Source of the DNA: Trichoplax sp. H2 | Taxonomy: Eukaryota | Direction: 5' to 3' | NCBI GenBank assembly: GCA_003344405.1 | Contig: NOWV01000032.1 | Span: 186,001-250,000, forward strand | DNA: 64,000 nt | Shown: positions 45,251 through 62,474 of the stretch, in pieces | How the letters are laid out: every line of letters starts with the position of its first letter | How positions within the stretch are numbered: position 1 is the stretch's first letter | The notes under the pieces: model-generated | Told to the model about the DNA's origin: nothing | What the model saw: only the letters and a program-made list of their open reading frames with translations | Databases searched by the model: none | Made by a program: the position numbers and the translations under genes

Positions 45251-47241
45251 GTAAAAAACTGGGCAGCATTTTCAGATTGCATAGTAGAATACCTGGTTCT
45301 CTCTTCCAGTAATCCCTGCTGGTGTAAACTTTCCCTAAATTTTAAATTAAATTTTATTTTATCTACTGTACTTTAGTATAGATTAATCGAGAGGTCTTCT
45401 TCTAGTAGTCCATAACTGTACACTGTACAGTACAAAACGAGTCAAAATGTAGTACATAGTCTAGGTTGAAAGCGACAAGTGTTACCATTTAAGCTTCGCT
45501 AATTTCACTATCATCTACTGCATCTAGTAGTCCATGACAAATTGAGAATATTACTGTACTCAGCTTATCTCAGTAATACTGTACAGTGTACAAATAGTAC
45601 AACATGCCGTACAACTAGCGTTATGTTAAAAATGTTCCATATCAATAAAATTGGAAAAAAATATGACTTAAACTGATGTATAAATCATTGTTGAGCGGGT
45701 TGGAACCAAAGGGTTTGTTGACCCGACCCGCCCAATACTGGTACAAATACAGTGCCAACTAATTATCAACATGCAAAACTTACGGTAATATATAGCTATA
45801 ATGTATGTAACATATACACATTTATTTTCTGCAAAACATATCGAGACTTGGTAAACACACTGTACAGTACTGAAATTCCGAAGCGATATTTTACAAACTA
45901 TAGTAATACGGTCGTGTTTATTTATGCTCTATCGACACAACAATGCACTACAGAAATAGTTTCACAGAATTATACTATTCTTTATTTACACAGTACTGTG
46001 TACGAGTATGCGCTAAAATCATGATTTGGCCTCCTAAAACTGCCCATATACTATATACTATAAAACTTTTCCATCGATTTACTGTATTGTAGAATTTCAG
46101 TTATGTATTTGCTCTCATTTTTTGCTTTTAGAAACTCAAATGTTCCAACCGCGCAACTAGGGTACTATCTAATACTGTAGATAGCTTTTGTCCTTTTGCT
46201 CCTTAACTATATTAACTGACTCCTGAACTCTACACTAGTGCAACAGTGAAACACCGTACGCAGTTCCAAGCGGCTTTGATGTCAGGATTCGTTGAATAAA
46301 CTTGTACGCAAAAAAAGGATTCTTTTAATTTAGTACCGTGTGGATTTTGGTATCTTTTAATAGTGCGTTTCGCAAAGCTAATGATATTCACCTTTACGTT
46401 TATATCTGATAATTCTTAAAATCATCTGATTGAATATTATGAAAAATATACTTCAACTGTAGTCAAGAGATTTTAAAAATCCTAAACTTACAAGTGGTGC
46501 GTCTATAATAAAGCATTAGTTCCGTTTATTAATTAATTATAACAATTTTACAATCAGGGTTGAACTAAAAGGTTTAATAAATTCACTAAGATTTGTAAAT
46601 TAGTAGTACGGTGCGTGGAAATCTTTTCCTTGAAGTAAAACAAACTATGCAACTTCGTCTGAACTAACTAGTTAGTTAAATAGCAAAAATGGAGTCTGCA
46701 TTGTACTTCAAAGCGAGTTCTATTACTTCTAAAAACTTTATCAGATATTACTAACTGTAAACTATGCGTAGGCAAATCGTTTACTCTTCGATATATGGAC
46801 AAGAATTATTTTTAAGTAATCACGTCATTCGAGGAAGTGGAGCATAACTTTATTTTCGTTCAAATGCGCTATAGTTTCACCGTGTCTATCATTGTATAGC
46901 ATAACAAATTAAATTTTGTTCTCGTAGCGTTGATTAATATCAACCATACATGAAGGCTACACTTGTAAGTGCGCAGATATCAAAACGATTGGGTGTAGAA
47001 ATTTCATATTTGATCATACAACTCGAAAGTTGAGTTTTTGTAACTATGTATAGTTGGATATTCTAGATAGCATACTATCACATGTCGGCAATTAAAGATT
47101 CCTAATTATGATCATACAGTAGCAAAGTATAACCAATATCTCCATGACGCTTATATTGGTCCACAATAATATAATCTGATATAGAAATTATCTGAGCTGA
47201 TGGAACATGAACTATAATTTGATTGAAATTCCCAGATTTGA

Positions 47242-49600
<2,359 letters not shown>

Positions 49601-49847
49601 TTGTATTATTGGATATCCAGTATGGTATAAAAATTAGGAATGCATACAGCAGTATGCAATCTTGCACAGTCTAGTCTGTATGCTCTATAATGATGCTTAT
49701 AGCACCCGTTTTAAAATTCCATAGCCGCCATAGTTTACTCCTCTAACTGTAAGTAAACTTAATCAAAACATTCGCTGTCGTGTTCAGCGCAAACTTTCTT
49801 AGTCGATCGGGGACTTCTAAAAATTATAGTCACTGCTTTTAGTTTGA

Positions 49848-50150
49848 CTACAGTACTGTACTGTACCCATTAAATCATTGATTCGTATCACTGTACTGTA
49901 CAGTACAGTATAGTATAGTAGTGCAGGAAGGACTGTACAGTGTACAGTGTACAGTACAGTACAGTACAGGTACAGTACAGTACAGTACAATGGCACAGGC
50001 TTGCGGTACTGTACTGTACTGTACTGTACTGTACCTTGCTATAAACTGTACTGTACTGTAGTGACCAGAGAAATTCATGGTAATGTACTGTACTAAGACC
50101 TGAGGAAGGTTCGGTTCAAACCATTATTGTACAGTATGTCTGTACTGTAT
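49848..50150. repeat. (TACAG/CTGTA)n cluster between divergent LCMT1 and MXRA7, containing a perfect 20-bp inverted repeat
   Basis: ggtacagtacagtacagtac (49969-49988) is the exact reverse complement of gtactgtactgtactgtacc (50016-50035). Confidence 0.92.
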
Positions 50151-51022
50151 GCTACTGACTGTGAACTGTTTGTTATTCGTACTGTCCTCGGCCAAAGACT
50201 CCAAAGTGCTATTTAGTTCAACGTTAAATAAATTTAATGTAAATTTTGGGCTAAATATTCTGCTATCATATCTAGCATTCTTAACTTTAAAATTATGCAA
50301 AATTTGCTCCTTAATTAATTACATACATTATAGACCATTTTGATGTCGATGTGACATGTTTGATATATAAAAATCGTATTATTGCATCCTATTCCTATAG
50401 TATTATTATACATTGCATTGCCTGTATGAGACAGAATCCTAATTTAGTTCCATGGAAAGAGTGTTACTAAAATTACATTCCGGTTTTCCCTTTCTTACCG
50501 TAACTGTGGATTGAAGAGGACAGATTCTATAGATTCTATCATAGATTCTACTGTACTAAATACTGTACATACGAGTATATGAGTGAAAAATAGCGAAGCC
50601 ATTCAAGAATCTTGATGTTTGACACTGTAATGTTATAAAATTTGGAACATAAAAGTGTACTATTGCAGTAAATATAAGTTCTTACCTTCACCATTAGTGT
50701 TTTAAAATCATCAAAGCACTAATAAAAATTCATTGATGCGTGCATTGTCATTATAAATTCTGTACCGTGCGGTATTGTTCCTGTACATAACAATGTTTAC
50801 TATAATAATCACGGTAGAATCTTGTATTGTACGATTGCACAGTATATATATATATATATATATATATCTCTTCTTCTTTTCCAGTAGTCACTGGCATGGC
50901 AAAGTACTGCCAAAAACAAAGTTGTTCATACGTAGTGTTAAAATAAAAATTAAATTTACTGTATAAGAGTACATTTACGCCAAGTGTCACCAGCGTGAGA
51001 TTCGACTTGTAATAATTATAAC

Positions 51023-52806
51023 ATGGATTTAGACACTTTAATAGCATGTATCCAGCGAAACTATTACCTACTTCTAAGTGCTATGATCGCAGCTATCTGC
51101 ATGATTGCCAGTTGGTTGTATCTATTAAGGCAGAACTATAAAAAGAACGAAATTGAAAAGACTGATGAAGATACGGTAAGTAAAAATTATGAATCCATAG
51201 CCGAAAGATGCGCATCACACAATAGGACTCCGAGAATAGCGATATACGTATACTCCAATATTATAAAATTGTACTCAAATTTAAATTACTGTACTCCACA
51301 GTACTAACAATGACAGTCTATTTAATTTTTGACCTTAATTCCGTAGATGATTTATGATGGTAAAATCGCGTCAAAAAAATTTTCCACAGACTTCAGCTTG
51401 CATTGCAATATTCGCCAATGCTGTTCCAACCTCAAGTTTAGTTGTATTTGACTTTATACTGTTTTAATATACGAATACTATAATACTATTTAAAACTGAA
51501 AGTGGTTCAAGTGTATGTATATTGTATACTTGTACTGTACATCGCCTACACAAATTTATCACTCGTGCCTTGTTCCTCCGGTCGACATTTAGCCCTATAA
51601 TCGATACAATTGTTAGTAATGGATTATAGTTTCAAATTAGACATATACCGTATACGTACTATTCGAATTCACTTCACAGTAAAGACCCAAAACAGGTTAG
51701 GGTTTATAACCTGCGATTTGAGTACGAGTATATCAGATAATGTACCTAAACGATGCATCGTACACAGTGATCGTCTGATGTACTGTATCCCCTACTTTAT
51801 CAAAGTAATCAATAAAATGGATTATTGACGGCTCCATAAGTCACCAAAATTTATTAATACAGTCATGTAATTGACTGAATGAGCCTGGAATTAAGTTCCC
51901 ATTAGCGTGATTCTTTTATGCATATATCGCATCACAATTGATACGTATACAATTTAGCTTTATAACTTACGTACCTCTATTAAACTAGTTGATACATAGA
52001 GTCTCAATTTGGCACTAGTTCAGAATGTACAATAGTACGGACTTGTCTTTTTTTCGAGTAGTCCCTCCCTGACAATAGTAACTAACTGCCGCTTACTAAT
52101 ATACGATCCGTAATTGCTACCTTTAAACCGACTTATGATGATTATGATACTAAATTATTTGTTTCATTACTTTTGCCACCAATTCTAATGGCATTCTCGA
52201 TATCAAACATACCGTTATTGATACGAAATTAGCCAAAGTTTTCGGAAGAAGATAAACAAGTGGATTGTATACTAAAAAATGAAATCGATAAAGTAAAGAT
52301 TGCCGAAGATATGTACCAGCGCATACAGCGCAAAGTTAAATCGACTAGGTTGCAAACAGCGGACATTGAAAAGGAAATGACTGAAGATGAGCGACTTGAG
52401 GAGCGAACGTAAGTTCGAATATCGCCTGTAACTACTGAAAGATAACATTAAGTATATTTGTATTATCATACAGAATCAAACATTAGCAGTATGCTTACAA
52501 TTTAAATGTACAAGTCTAAAACCTTCTATAGTACATAAGTAGTATTCTTAACAATCAAAATATATATATAATACCACTAGAATATCGATAACGTGAAAGC
52601 ACGCCTAAAATCGTAATCAAAGAATGCACGCTTTCTAGACAAAAATTTTTGATACAGAATGATGAATTTAATTGAACGGCATTAGGGTGAAGCAAAAACA
52701 ATTACAAGACATATTCCAGTTAATGAATGAAAAGAAAGAAGTATTTGGAATTCAATCACTGGAAGATATGAAATCACAAATGAGTTTATATGAAGGCAAT
52801 ATCTGA
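51023..52806 (+). CDS. MXRA7: Matrix-remodeling-associated protein 7-like, about 149 aa (exons 51023-51175, 52233-52408, 52686-52806)
   Basis: N-terminal TM helix. The C-terminus EKEMTEDERLEERTVKQKQLQDIFQLMNEKKEVFGIQSLEDMKSQMSLY matches the conserved MXRA7 helical domain (MTKEELEEEQRVQKEQLAAIFKLM...FG...QLRLY). Splice phases are consistent. Confidence 0.82.
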
Positions 52807-55800
52807 TATCCAATTTCTTCATTTTAACTATTATAAACAATTGCAATTACTTTTAATCATAGTCCCCTTCGAGTTATTTAACGAATGTATTCCTTCACTA
52901 TGGCATTGCAATAAAACTGCATACACCGCTCCTAATTATTAATTCAAATGTGCAAGTACGCATACGCGTACAACGCAATTATATGGCATTCAGATGCAAA
53001 AGTTTACTACTCTGAATAAAGATTAATTGCGACTTTATCTATTAAAAATTTCAAATTAAAATGATATTAAGCCATAATAATTTACTAACAAACTGCGTAA
53101 TTATCGAGTGTTTTATCCTTGACTAAATATTCAAATTAAATTATGTATAAGGCTGTAATGCCTGCTTTGTAAATGAACTGTAAAATCATCGAAATTTTTT
53201 ATCTCCTGAATCGCAATGCAATGTAGATAATTTCATCAATTCTCTTCTTATAGCCCTTATGTAATAAACTTGATAGGACATTGTCAAGAATAGTACAAAA
53301 AGATACGAAATGTCTCTTAAGACTTTAAATTCTAAACTGCATTGTGCCGTAGTGAGACTCCTTAATAGTGTCTGACTACTTTATTTGCTATTGATTAATT
53401 ATTATCTGTGGGAATATTCTATTCCGTTGCTGTAAGAAATTTAAATCAATTTCAGCTTTATGAGTACTGTACTCTAAGCCAATTATTATGGCTAAGAAAC
53501 CCTGACATGTCACTTGTAATCGTTCCTCACGACTTTGTTCATGATTATTCTTTATATCACTTCATTATTGTTAATTTACCAACGTCTATAAATGTTACCA
53601 CTTCAGCTACTCGAATAAAGTACCTGTCACGATTATTTACGATATATTATAATTATTAATGCAATCAGATAGTTAAGAGATTTTAGGCTGCAAATGGATT
53701 TATATCGATATACGTAAGACACTGTTAATACTAAGAATTTTATGTTATCTAGAAATTTATTTTAATACCATTGGCGAATTACTTGCTTAATATCAAATAC
53801 AATAACTCTTACTGCCCTTAACGTCTACGTGAATATCTTCTACCGATGTTTAAAGGACTTAGATCAAAATGTGTTCGTATACCTTAACTGATTTTTTATG
53901 TCATATACAGTAGTAAGAATACATCAAGGACTAAAGAAGGGCTTGAAATAATGCCTACTGCAGTTCATTATTTGTTAGCAAATAGATATGATCTGAAATC
54001 GATCAGTACCTGTCATAAATTTTTTCAGCTAGTAATACAGAAGACTTTAATCAAAGTAAATTTCGGTATACTATAAAATTTTTCTATAATGTTCGTATCG
54101 TTATGCATTTTTCGTGTCTTAAAGTAGGAAGAAATAAGCTAAGCTATTTCCTGGCAAATACAAGAGTTGATCAGAATTAAGATTGATTTCTTATTCTGAG
54201 TCAGTTACAACATAAAATTTTATACGTCAGCTACCGCGTGATCTCAGACCTTAACAGAAAATTCTGAAGTTCTTTCTCAACACGTTTTGTATAATAAGAC
54301 AACCAGCATCGCAGAAAAAGCTGATCACGCAAGCTAAGCAGTGTACGCGTATATTGTATGTACCCATATACGATGCGGGAGTAAACCACATTATTTTAGC
54401 GATACATATTTCTGTTTCTTAAATGCGTAGCATTTAGTTGTGATAATACTCTTAATTTGAAGAATGCGTGTACTGTTTTTACTTACGGCAAAACATCACA
54501 ATGAAACTTTTTTCTTTATATCGTTATATTTGTTGCGGCCATCTTCCGGTTACTACTGTGCGCCAGAACGTATTTGGCAAAGTATCACTTATAATTATTA
54601 ATGACGTAGAATGTTAGTAAAATTAAAATTTTAAGTTCTTAAGTGGTTTCCAATCACTTCCAAAATTACGACGAATAACTATTTCCGACCTCCACGGATA
54701 CTGTGCTGTAACTTTGGTATGACAACAATTGTAAACTACTACAACATACTACCAACAACCTGGGTCAAGTGAAAAATAATTTTACTGATTATGATAGTGC
54801 ACATCAAGAAATATCCTTTGGTAACAGAATAGAATAGCTTATTTAAGTAGGCCTCTCTAAAGCATAGTTTTTATTAAATACTTTCCATAATTTTACTGTA
54901 TGAGTTTAGCTGCTACAAAACAAACGGTAAATGATCAGCTATCGATCTAGAGTCGTATACAGCGCTATACAACCAGACATCGTCAAAATCTCCCTTAAAT
55001 AACAAATGCATGAAAATCAGCCAAAGGCTTCGTATCCTACCAAATTATCTAATAGATTTAAACTATACTCTCATTTACAGGCGTCGAATATATTGACAAA
55101 AATCATTGCATCGACAGTGATAGCAAAATTTTCTGATGCAGATATTATACCTTCTAAAGCTGCACGCACTTTACTACTAGATTATTAGTGTCAAGAACAG
55201 TGAAATCATAATATATATATAAACTGCTAGTGAAATTAACAAAAATTTAATGCCTCACAGTGCAGTAAAAAATGTTAAATTATTATTAATCAAAACTAGA
55301 CATCTTCTCATAAACTGTAGTATATTAAAAATAATAATATAAAAAACTAAGAAACATTACTGCCTTATAAGTAATATACAGTCATGACTGAAATAAGCGC
55401 AGAATGCCAGTTGTACACTATAGCAGAACACTGAATGGCATATTACAAATTTTAGGATAGGAAGCAATAAGATTTCTCTTAGCAAGTAAAAAATTTAAAG
55501 AAATAATTTGCTGTGCCTCCTACATCACCAACTGTGTTTACATTAGACTATTAATTAATATTAATCAAATATGAAATAAAATGTTAAGTAAGAATTTCAT
55601 AATTCTATATAATAGATACGACATATTTATACGTATATACCACATTTCCGTGGTATAATCATCAATGAGTGCGAAGATGGCAGGAAGGCAAGCTTCTTAG
55701 GCTAAGGTAATGATGTAGCACTCACCCAAAGTAAATCCTGCTTTTACAGCACGCCATACTACTTTGCCCGGAGCTTAGTCAACGTAATTCTCAACGCAAT

Positions 55801-56143
55801 TTATAAATCCACAATTCTTACCTAATGATCTAATAGAGCAATAGAAGTACATCACAGATTGCCTATGTGCTACCTAAATTAATGACATACAATCTTATAT
55901 TGCTAAACTATTTTAAGATATAAATAAATATTTTACCATACATTTTTCGGGACTAAGGAGTTTTGAACTTCTGCCAATACCATAGCAAATTTTGATAAGA
56001 AAAAAGAAAAATAAGTTATGGTTGCCTTAATGTCTATTTTAATACAGTTTGGATTAAAATTAATGATGTTTCTCTTTTGTTCTAAAAAATATTCTTCCAT
56101 TGCGTCATACCGCGTACAATTAAAGAAAACGAGAACTTATCAC

Positions 56144-59100
56144 TCACGTGTTTGCATACACATTGATATCATTCTCGATTTTGTTAAATCGGACTTGCTC
56201 TTTTACAAGGTTCCTGCAAGACGACAACTTAGACTCCAAATCCTAATTATAAAAGGCGATACTTTATGTGAGATGATTATAATACTAAAGCTATTAGATC
56301 ATAAGGAAAATCCAGGATTTAAGATTAATATTGAAAATGAATATCTGAATAGAATAACAGTAGTATAAATCAATCAATTCCGTAGATATAAGTGAAATAA
56401 CATTTACATCATTTTATACCGTACCCCAACTTTCTTTAGTAAATCTCCAACTATGTTCATAGCATTTACACGAGCATTCACCGGAAGATTCGAATCTTGA
56501 TTAGAAATTTTTTTCCCGTAATCGACGATATCTCGAGGAGATGCAGCGCCATTTCTATTATATGAACGATTTCGAGGAGAGCTCGATACTGAAAATTTAA
56601 ATGGCGAGATTATGTAGTCGCTCCCTGCGACTTCTCGGATAGGCGACGTAGCAACATCTTTAGTATCAACGGCTGTAACTTGACGAGCGGTAAACTCTTC
56701 TTTTAATTCTGAAAGATATTAGTAATAATACCGGTAGATCCGTTAAATTAACAATAATTGCGTTACAGAATGTCATAAATTATATAAATTAAATTGAACC
56801 ATTTAAAAATTAACTTTTAACGGAGCGACAGCAACCTTTGCACTCATCCTTTAATCGCTGAACTAAGATAACCAATTTTTCCTTTTCATCTAATTCATTT
56901 TCCAATAAAGCATTTTTTTCAAGGGCCTATCAAAGGACATTAATGATACTTCTTTAAGTGTACACTTATTCTTTGTTAGAGAGCGACTTGTAAAGTGCTT
57001 AAAAGCTCACAGTTGATATTTTAACGATTTTATGATAACATCTTATAAAACGAAATTAAGCCCAAGAAATAATTTATCTTAGGTATAGAATATACTTGTT
57101 CAGAGTTGATTCAAAATGCCGTTTATAATGCATGAACCATATTAAAATAAGGTAATACATAATAGAAGTCAATTCCTATCATATAGTGTTTAGTTTCATG
57201 GAAGATAATAAACTAAAACTGTCATTACTGGTACTGTATGGCTAACTTAGTTATGCGATTGCACAGTACTATTACTGTACAATTGCCGCAATTGAAATTA
57301 AGTTATTGAATATTATAATAAAATTAATCAAGTGTAATGATATACTGCATATAGTAATAATATGAATTACTCACATTCGACATTATGACACTAACCTGAT
57401 TTAATCTATTTTCGAAATCTTGTAAAGTTACCGCTGTCGACCTACATAGCGCAAAAAATTCACATATTATAAATGTAACCAAAGATGCAACAGTAATATA
57501 CCTATACAACGAATATTATAACCATAGTGGTATAGTGGATATATATATATATGTATTGAATCCAGAACCAGGTACGTATAATCGATTTATAGTTTGCCGA
57601 TAGTATACCACTGTTACGAAATGAGATTTTCGTCAGTTATGTTGATACAGTTTCTATATTATAAGCCGACTACGACTCAGCTTATTCTATTTGACTATAG
57701 AGTACAGTCACTTCGGCATAAAATTTGCAGTATGTAAAGTCCATAGAAGAGTTTATAGATAAAATAGTTACCTGAGCGCATTTCTGATATGTTATCATTT
57801 GTTATGAATTAATTACCGGCTGTTATCTTATTTGCAAGAATGTTATCAAATTCGTTGGCATTTGTAATATGCCGTTAGTAAACCGTTAGTTTTGTTCGAC
57901 TGTATAACGGTATAGTAAGAACAATAAAGTTTTGTTCAATATCCTAGCTCTACTGGACTGAGCGGACTCATCTACAGATTTCTAGTAAATCCTTCTTGTT
58001 ACAAAGTAGAAGAGTTTCGAAAACGTAACAACCACAAATAATGTACGTTATCGCAAATTATTGCTAAGTATCATATTATATTAGTTCTGTACTAGCTCAT
58101 TTCCGATACGACAGTAAAATTGCAATGGCCTCGGGTGAATTATTTTATGCACATATGTTGTCATACTCTAAATGAACGCTGTCTTGCTTGCTAATTTGTC
58201 ATGAATTGCTATTGCGTCAAATTTTTTTTCCATTTCGATTATTTGCATGAGGACTTAAACTGTGGCTTCTATCTACATTACACATATCAAACATACCTTT
58301 CCGCACGTTCGTAATCGTCATTTTTTTGCTCAAGCTTGCGTGAGTGCTTCTGTAATTCTTCTTTAGTGCTATTGGCCGTAGCTAATTCATCTTGTAACCG
58401 CGTTGTTACTTGATAACTCTCCTTATAAAGCGTGTCAAACTTTTCCTGCACCAATATTCATGTATTATTACGTGCGTATTTACGTAAAACATTCTCTAAC
58501 TGAGTATGTAGGATTAATAATTTGCAGCTTGCATGAAGATGCATTGCTGAGCGAATACTGTATATCACATAGTTGTATCTGCAACCAAGCTCTACATACT
58601 ACGAAATATTTCAACATCAACTAAACTGCGAATTTGTTATAATTTTCAATTTCTACTTTTAACTACCTATAAGCGATGTCAGAGTTAAAACGATGTAATA
58701 TATGGTTGTCGCAATTCATCCAGTGATAAGACATTGTCATAGCGTGGTGGTCTCCGCAGACCAAACAAGCTCTTCCAAAAATGATAGAAAACTAGTCTAC
58801 AAGCCGGGCAGTGAACTTTAAAATAAAGACTGTAATCGACTATTTTCGAATATCAAGCAGACTAAACCCCCATAATTTACTATTAATAGTAGTAACCACT
58901 ATTAGCATTAGCAATGTGGGTATTTTATTACTATATGATGTTGTTGTTTCATTTTTCTAGCAACAGGTTGAAACAAACATGACTTGTTTCGTGAATGTAG
59001 GTTTTCTTCTAGTAGTCCACAGTTATATAGACACAGTACAGTACTGACAGCAGATACATCTTTTAACTATTATTGCAGTAGTGACCTAGGTAAATACGGT

Positions 59101-60552
59101 ATAACAGGCTTGCAGCTGACCATTTACCACTTGTATTAAGTATCAAAATCTGCAAAGTGCGATAATTTACAGCTAGATAATCTACTGCAGTAATAAAAAT
59201 AATCACGATAAGCTAAAGTACGTTCATTTACATACAGTCGTGTTACAAAAAATTGAGGTCCCGAGGTAAAGTGTTATATGCAAAGAATTTCTTCATGAAA
59301 TAAATCCAGTAAATTATGATGACAGCCATTGACAAGGTTTTATGCCACTGACGATTAAACTTGTTAGGGAACTCAAGTGATTACCTTTAAAACTTCGTTC
59401 TCTTGTTCTAATTTTGCCTTCGTTATCGTTAAATCTTTAGCCCGATTCTCAGCTTGTTTTAATTGTGCCTCCAACTCAGCTTCTAAATCATGACTCTCTT
59501 CCTGAAATTCTTCCAATTCATCTTTAAGTTGCTGAACCCTGAAATTTCAGAATAATTAAAAGTTAGTGTCACCTGTAATAATTCCTTAATTGATATGTAG
59601 TCTAGCTATCGACTAATAGTAATCATCTAACATCGTAATAATCCTTAATTATAATGTCAGTGAATAAGAACCTGCACCCTAGCACCATATAATGGAAGTA
59701 GAATGTAACTTGAAATCGTGATTATTTGCAAACATTCGCGATGCGTCTAACAACTAGTCATTAATCGGTTAGCTACATTAAATCTACGCCTACATTAGCT
59801 ATATCGAAAGAAATAAAATTGTGTGTAGTCTGTACTTAACTTTATCGCAAATGTACAGTATGTAAGACTTTTACACAATTCGTTACAGAGGCGATTATCG
59901 TTATAACAAAGTAAGCTGATTTGCCACCTCTGGAGGAGATACATCCGCGTAATTCATAATATTAAATAAAAATCATTTATGAAATCTCGCCTAAGAAAGT
60001 TTGCTGATGCAGTACTTGACAATCTCAAATATATTTGCCTGTAATCAATAATTTTCCCTAAATGAGTATATCAAATTGATCCGATACCAACACACAGATA
60101 CATTCACAACGTGGCAAATAAATGAGCAAGCGTGATGTTGCTATCATTCTTTTATGATCCTGACACATGTACATATTTTAATACCATAGGGCATTTATTC
60201 ATTAAATCGTCTGTTACGATAATAATGTAATGCTTAATGGTATAGTATTTATCAACATGAACATCAATGATTTTCGAGAAATGTTTTATATTTCAGTAAA
60301 GCTTCTACGTTTGATATGTTATTACTAGCGTATAAAATTATAATCTATAACAAATATCCTGGGATGATTTTCTTTACAAAGCATCTGAACTGACAGTGAG
60401 AATACTGAATACAGTAAAAGGAATATAAAGCAAGGTACGGTGTCGACTGAAACAGGTTTCGCGACTTACGTTTGATTGGCTTCGTTGGCTATAGATTTCC
60501 AATAATTAATTTCCTGGACAGAATCAGTAAATGCTAGTTGTGTCGTCTCCAT
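56144..60552 (-). CDS. NDE1: Nuclear distribution protein nudE homolog (NDE1/NDEL1), at least 7 exons; 3' end uncertain
   Basis: METTQLAFTDSVQEINYWK; DELEEFQEESHDLEAELEAQLKQAENR; LEQKNDDYERAER; DFENRLNQALEKNALLENELDEKE; ARVNAMNIVGDLLKKVG|DLESKLSSCRN. The stop at 56144 overlaps a GTGAGT donor, so further exons down to about 55500 are possible. Confidence 0.9.
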
Positions 60553-60661
60553 GCTACTAGTTTCTAATATCTGCTAAAATAGGCGGATAACATCTTAAAG
60601 ATGGCAACCATTATGAGTTGTCGATTAACAGTTTGAAAGTTGCAATCGGCCAAACTTTGGC

Positions 60662-61228
60662 TTACAGTACGGTACAGTGTACACTGGTAGGTAGTAATTG
60701 TAATTATAATTACTTTACCGTACTGGCCTGTAGCCGTACAGTACAGTACACGGCTATAATTTCCTACCTAAAATGACCGTTAATTCTGAATTCCCATTCG
60801 GACCTAAAGGGGATCGGGTAGCACAGTATTAACTCTATTGGTGTACTTAAGTATAATTTTTACTTCTATTTTTGCCCAAATAATGGATCCTCAGTAAAAT
60901 TGTTACTGACAGTGAATAGAATAAGTGTGCGACTGCGAATTTTTGACAGTTAACTTTATGAAAAAGGATCACAGTATAAGTTTTCATTATTTTACTCTTT
61001 TTACGGTCAACTTTTTTATATAATATACAGTACAGTACTGTACTGTACTGAATACTTGAACAGTTGTCATCTGTACAGTTTGATTGGTTGCAGCCATACT
61101 GTATCGCGATAATATACAGTACAGTACCGCACAGTACTGTAAGCTAAAGATGAGCACTGTACAGTACAGTAACAATACATGTAGATTATTCAACTACAGT
61201 ACAGTGTACAGTACTGTACTGTACGGTA
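60662..61228. repeat. (TACAG/CTGTA)n clusters upstream of NDE1
   Basis: Patches at 60662-60750 and 61025-61228, e.g. tacagtacagtactgtactgtactg. Confidence 0.88.
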
Positions 61229-62474
61229 TGTGTCATGTATTTTTTTTAAAACAGGACGCCCCCTTTCTCCAAAGAATGTTCAGTCCAGTCCGAGGTCTTT
61301 TTCTAGTCGGGGCTAGCTGTACTGTATACGTACTAGGGTTTACAGTTTGTATTCAATTGAAAAAGATAATAAAATAGCTCAGTATTGCATTACAAAGCAA
61401 AAAATTAAACAGTACCTAAGATTGTCAGAATCTGCTTACGTGAAATTTTTTAGCAAATATTAAATTAAATCCCTTGAAAACTTAAAGATCTAATTATGGG
61501 ATATACGCTGAACAGCTTTCAACTAGTATAGAGAGCTCGCTACGCCCACGAAATAGTAGGATACAGTTCTGTATTCGATCAATTTAAAGCCTGTGTCTAT
61601 TCACCCTAGGAACTACCCCTTCAATTGAACGTCAGCCAGAACTTACTATTACAAAACTAAAAAAATATTTATTCACCATTGGGCACTCGTACTACTGTAT
61701 ACGTTTATAAAATTTTCACCACATCTACAATCTAACTTGCAGGTCTACGCTTTACATGCAATAAATGAGCCTTTTATCCATTAAAATTTTCATAATTCAG
61801 CTACATTCGCCCAGTAAAATTATCAGTACGTAATATATTCGCAATTTAAATTTTAAAATAATTGAGAAAGCAATCCGTCACACAGAAAAATAACTGCACA
61901 TAATAAAATTGAATTTAAATTGAATTCACAAGATCTTTATTTTGTGTAAGTTAAATTGAAATCAATATTGTGATATAGCCATACCTGAACTATCGCACTA
62001 CTAAATCGTATAAAAAAAAATGTTACAATTATTTATTGCAATACCTGTGAGATAAGTTGTTATAAAACTTCGTATCTTTACATGTGAATGGAATCATTAT
62101 CCATTAAAGAATTTATATTTATTTTAACAATCATTTACAAAATAGGTTTTTATAGCACGTAGACCAAATATGACCTATATCTGAAATGAGTGAACAGTTT
62201 AAAAGCTATGGTACCCCCTTGAGTTAATTTATGTATTATTATGATTAATGAGAAATTGAGAATTAAGAATTGTTAAAATATTCGTAGGATAGTTTAGAAA
62301 TCTTACAATCTCCGATGAATTTGATACAAAAAAAAATATCGCTAGATTAAACACGATGCAATCCAATCTGTAGCGGGCTTTCAAAAGATATTATTTTGTA
62401 AGTTCTGTAACAGTATTGGCCCAATAAATACTTCATTCTTTTACCATCAGATGAAAATAGCCAATTTCATAACA

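Noticed and set aside
51347..51359. Possible 13-nt microexon in MXRA7 intron 1
   Set aside because: It is bounded by AG/GT, but inclusion would shift the frame; the flanking exons already join in phase 0.
54501..54820. Signal-peptide-like start (needs a 1-nt shift in a T run) and a FQSLPKLRRITIS LRR-like fragment
   Set aside because: The fragments are short, frames are inconsistent with stops, and no coherent gene or pseudogene model could be built.
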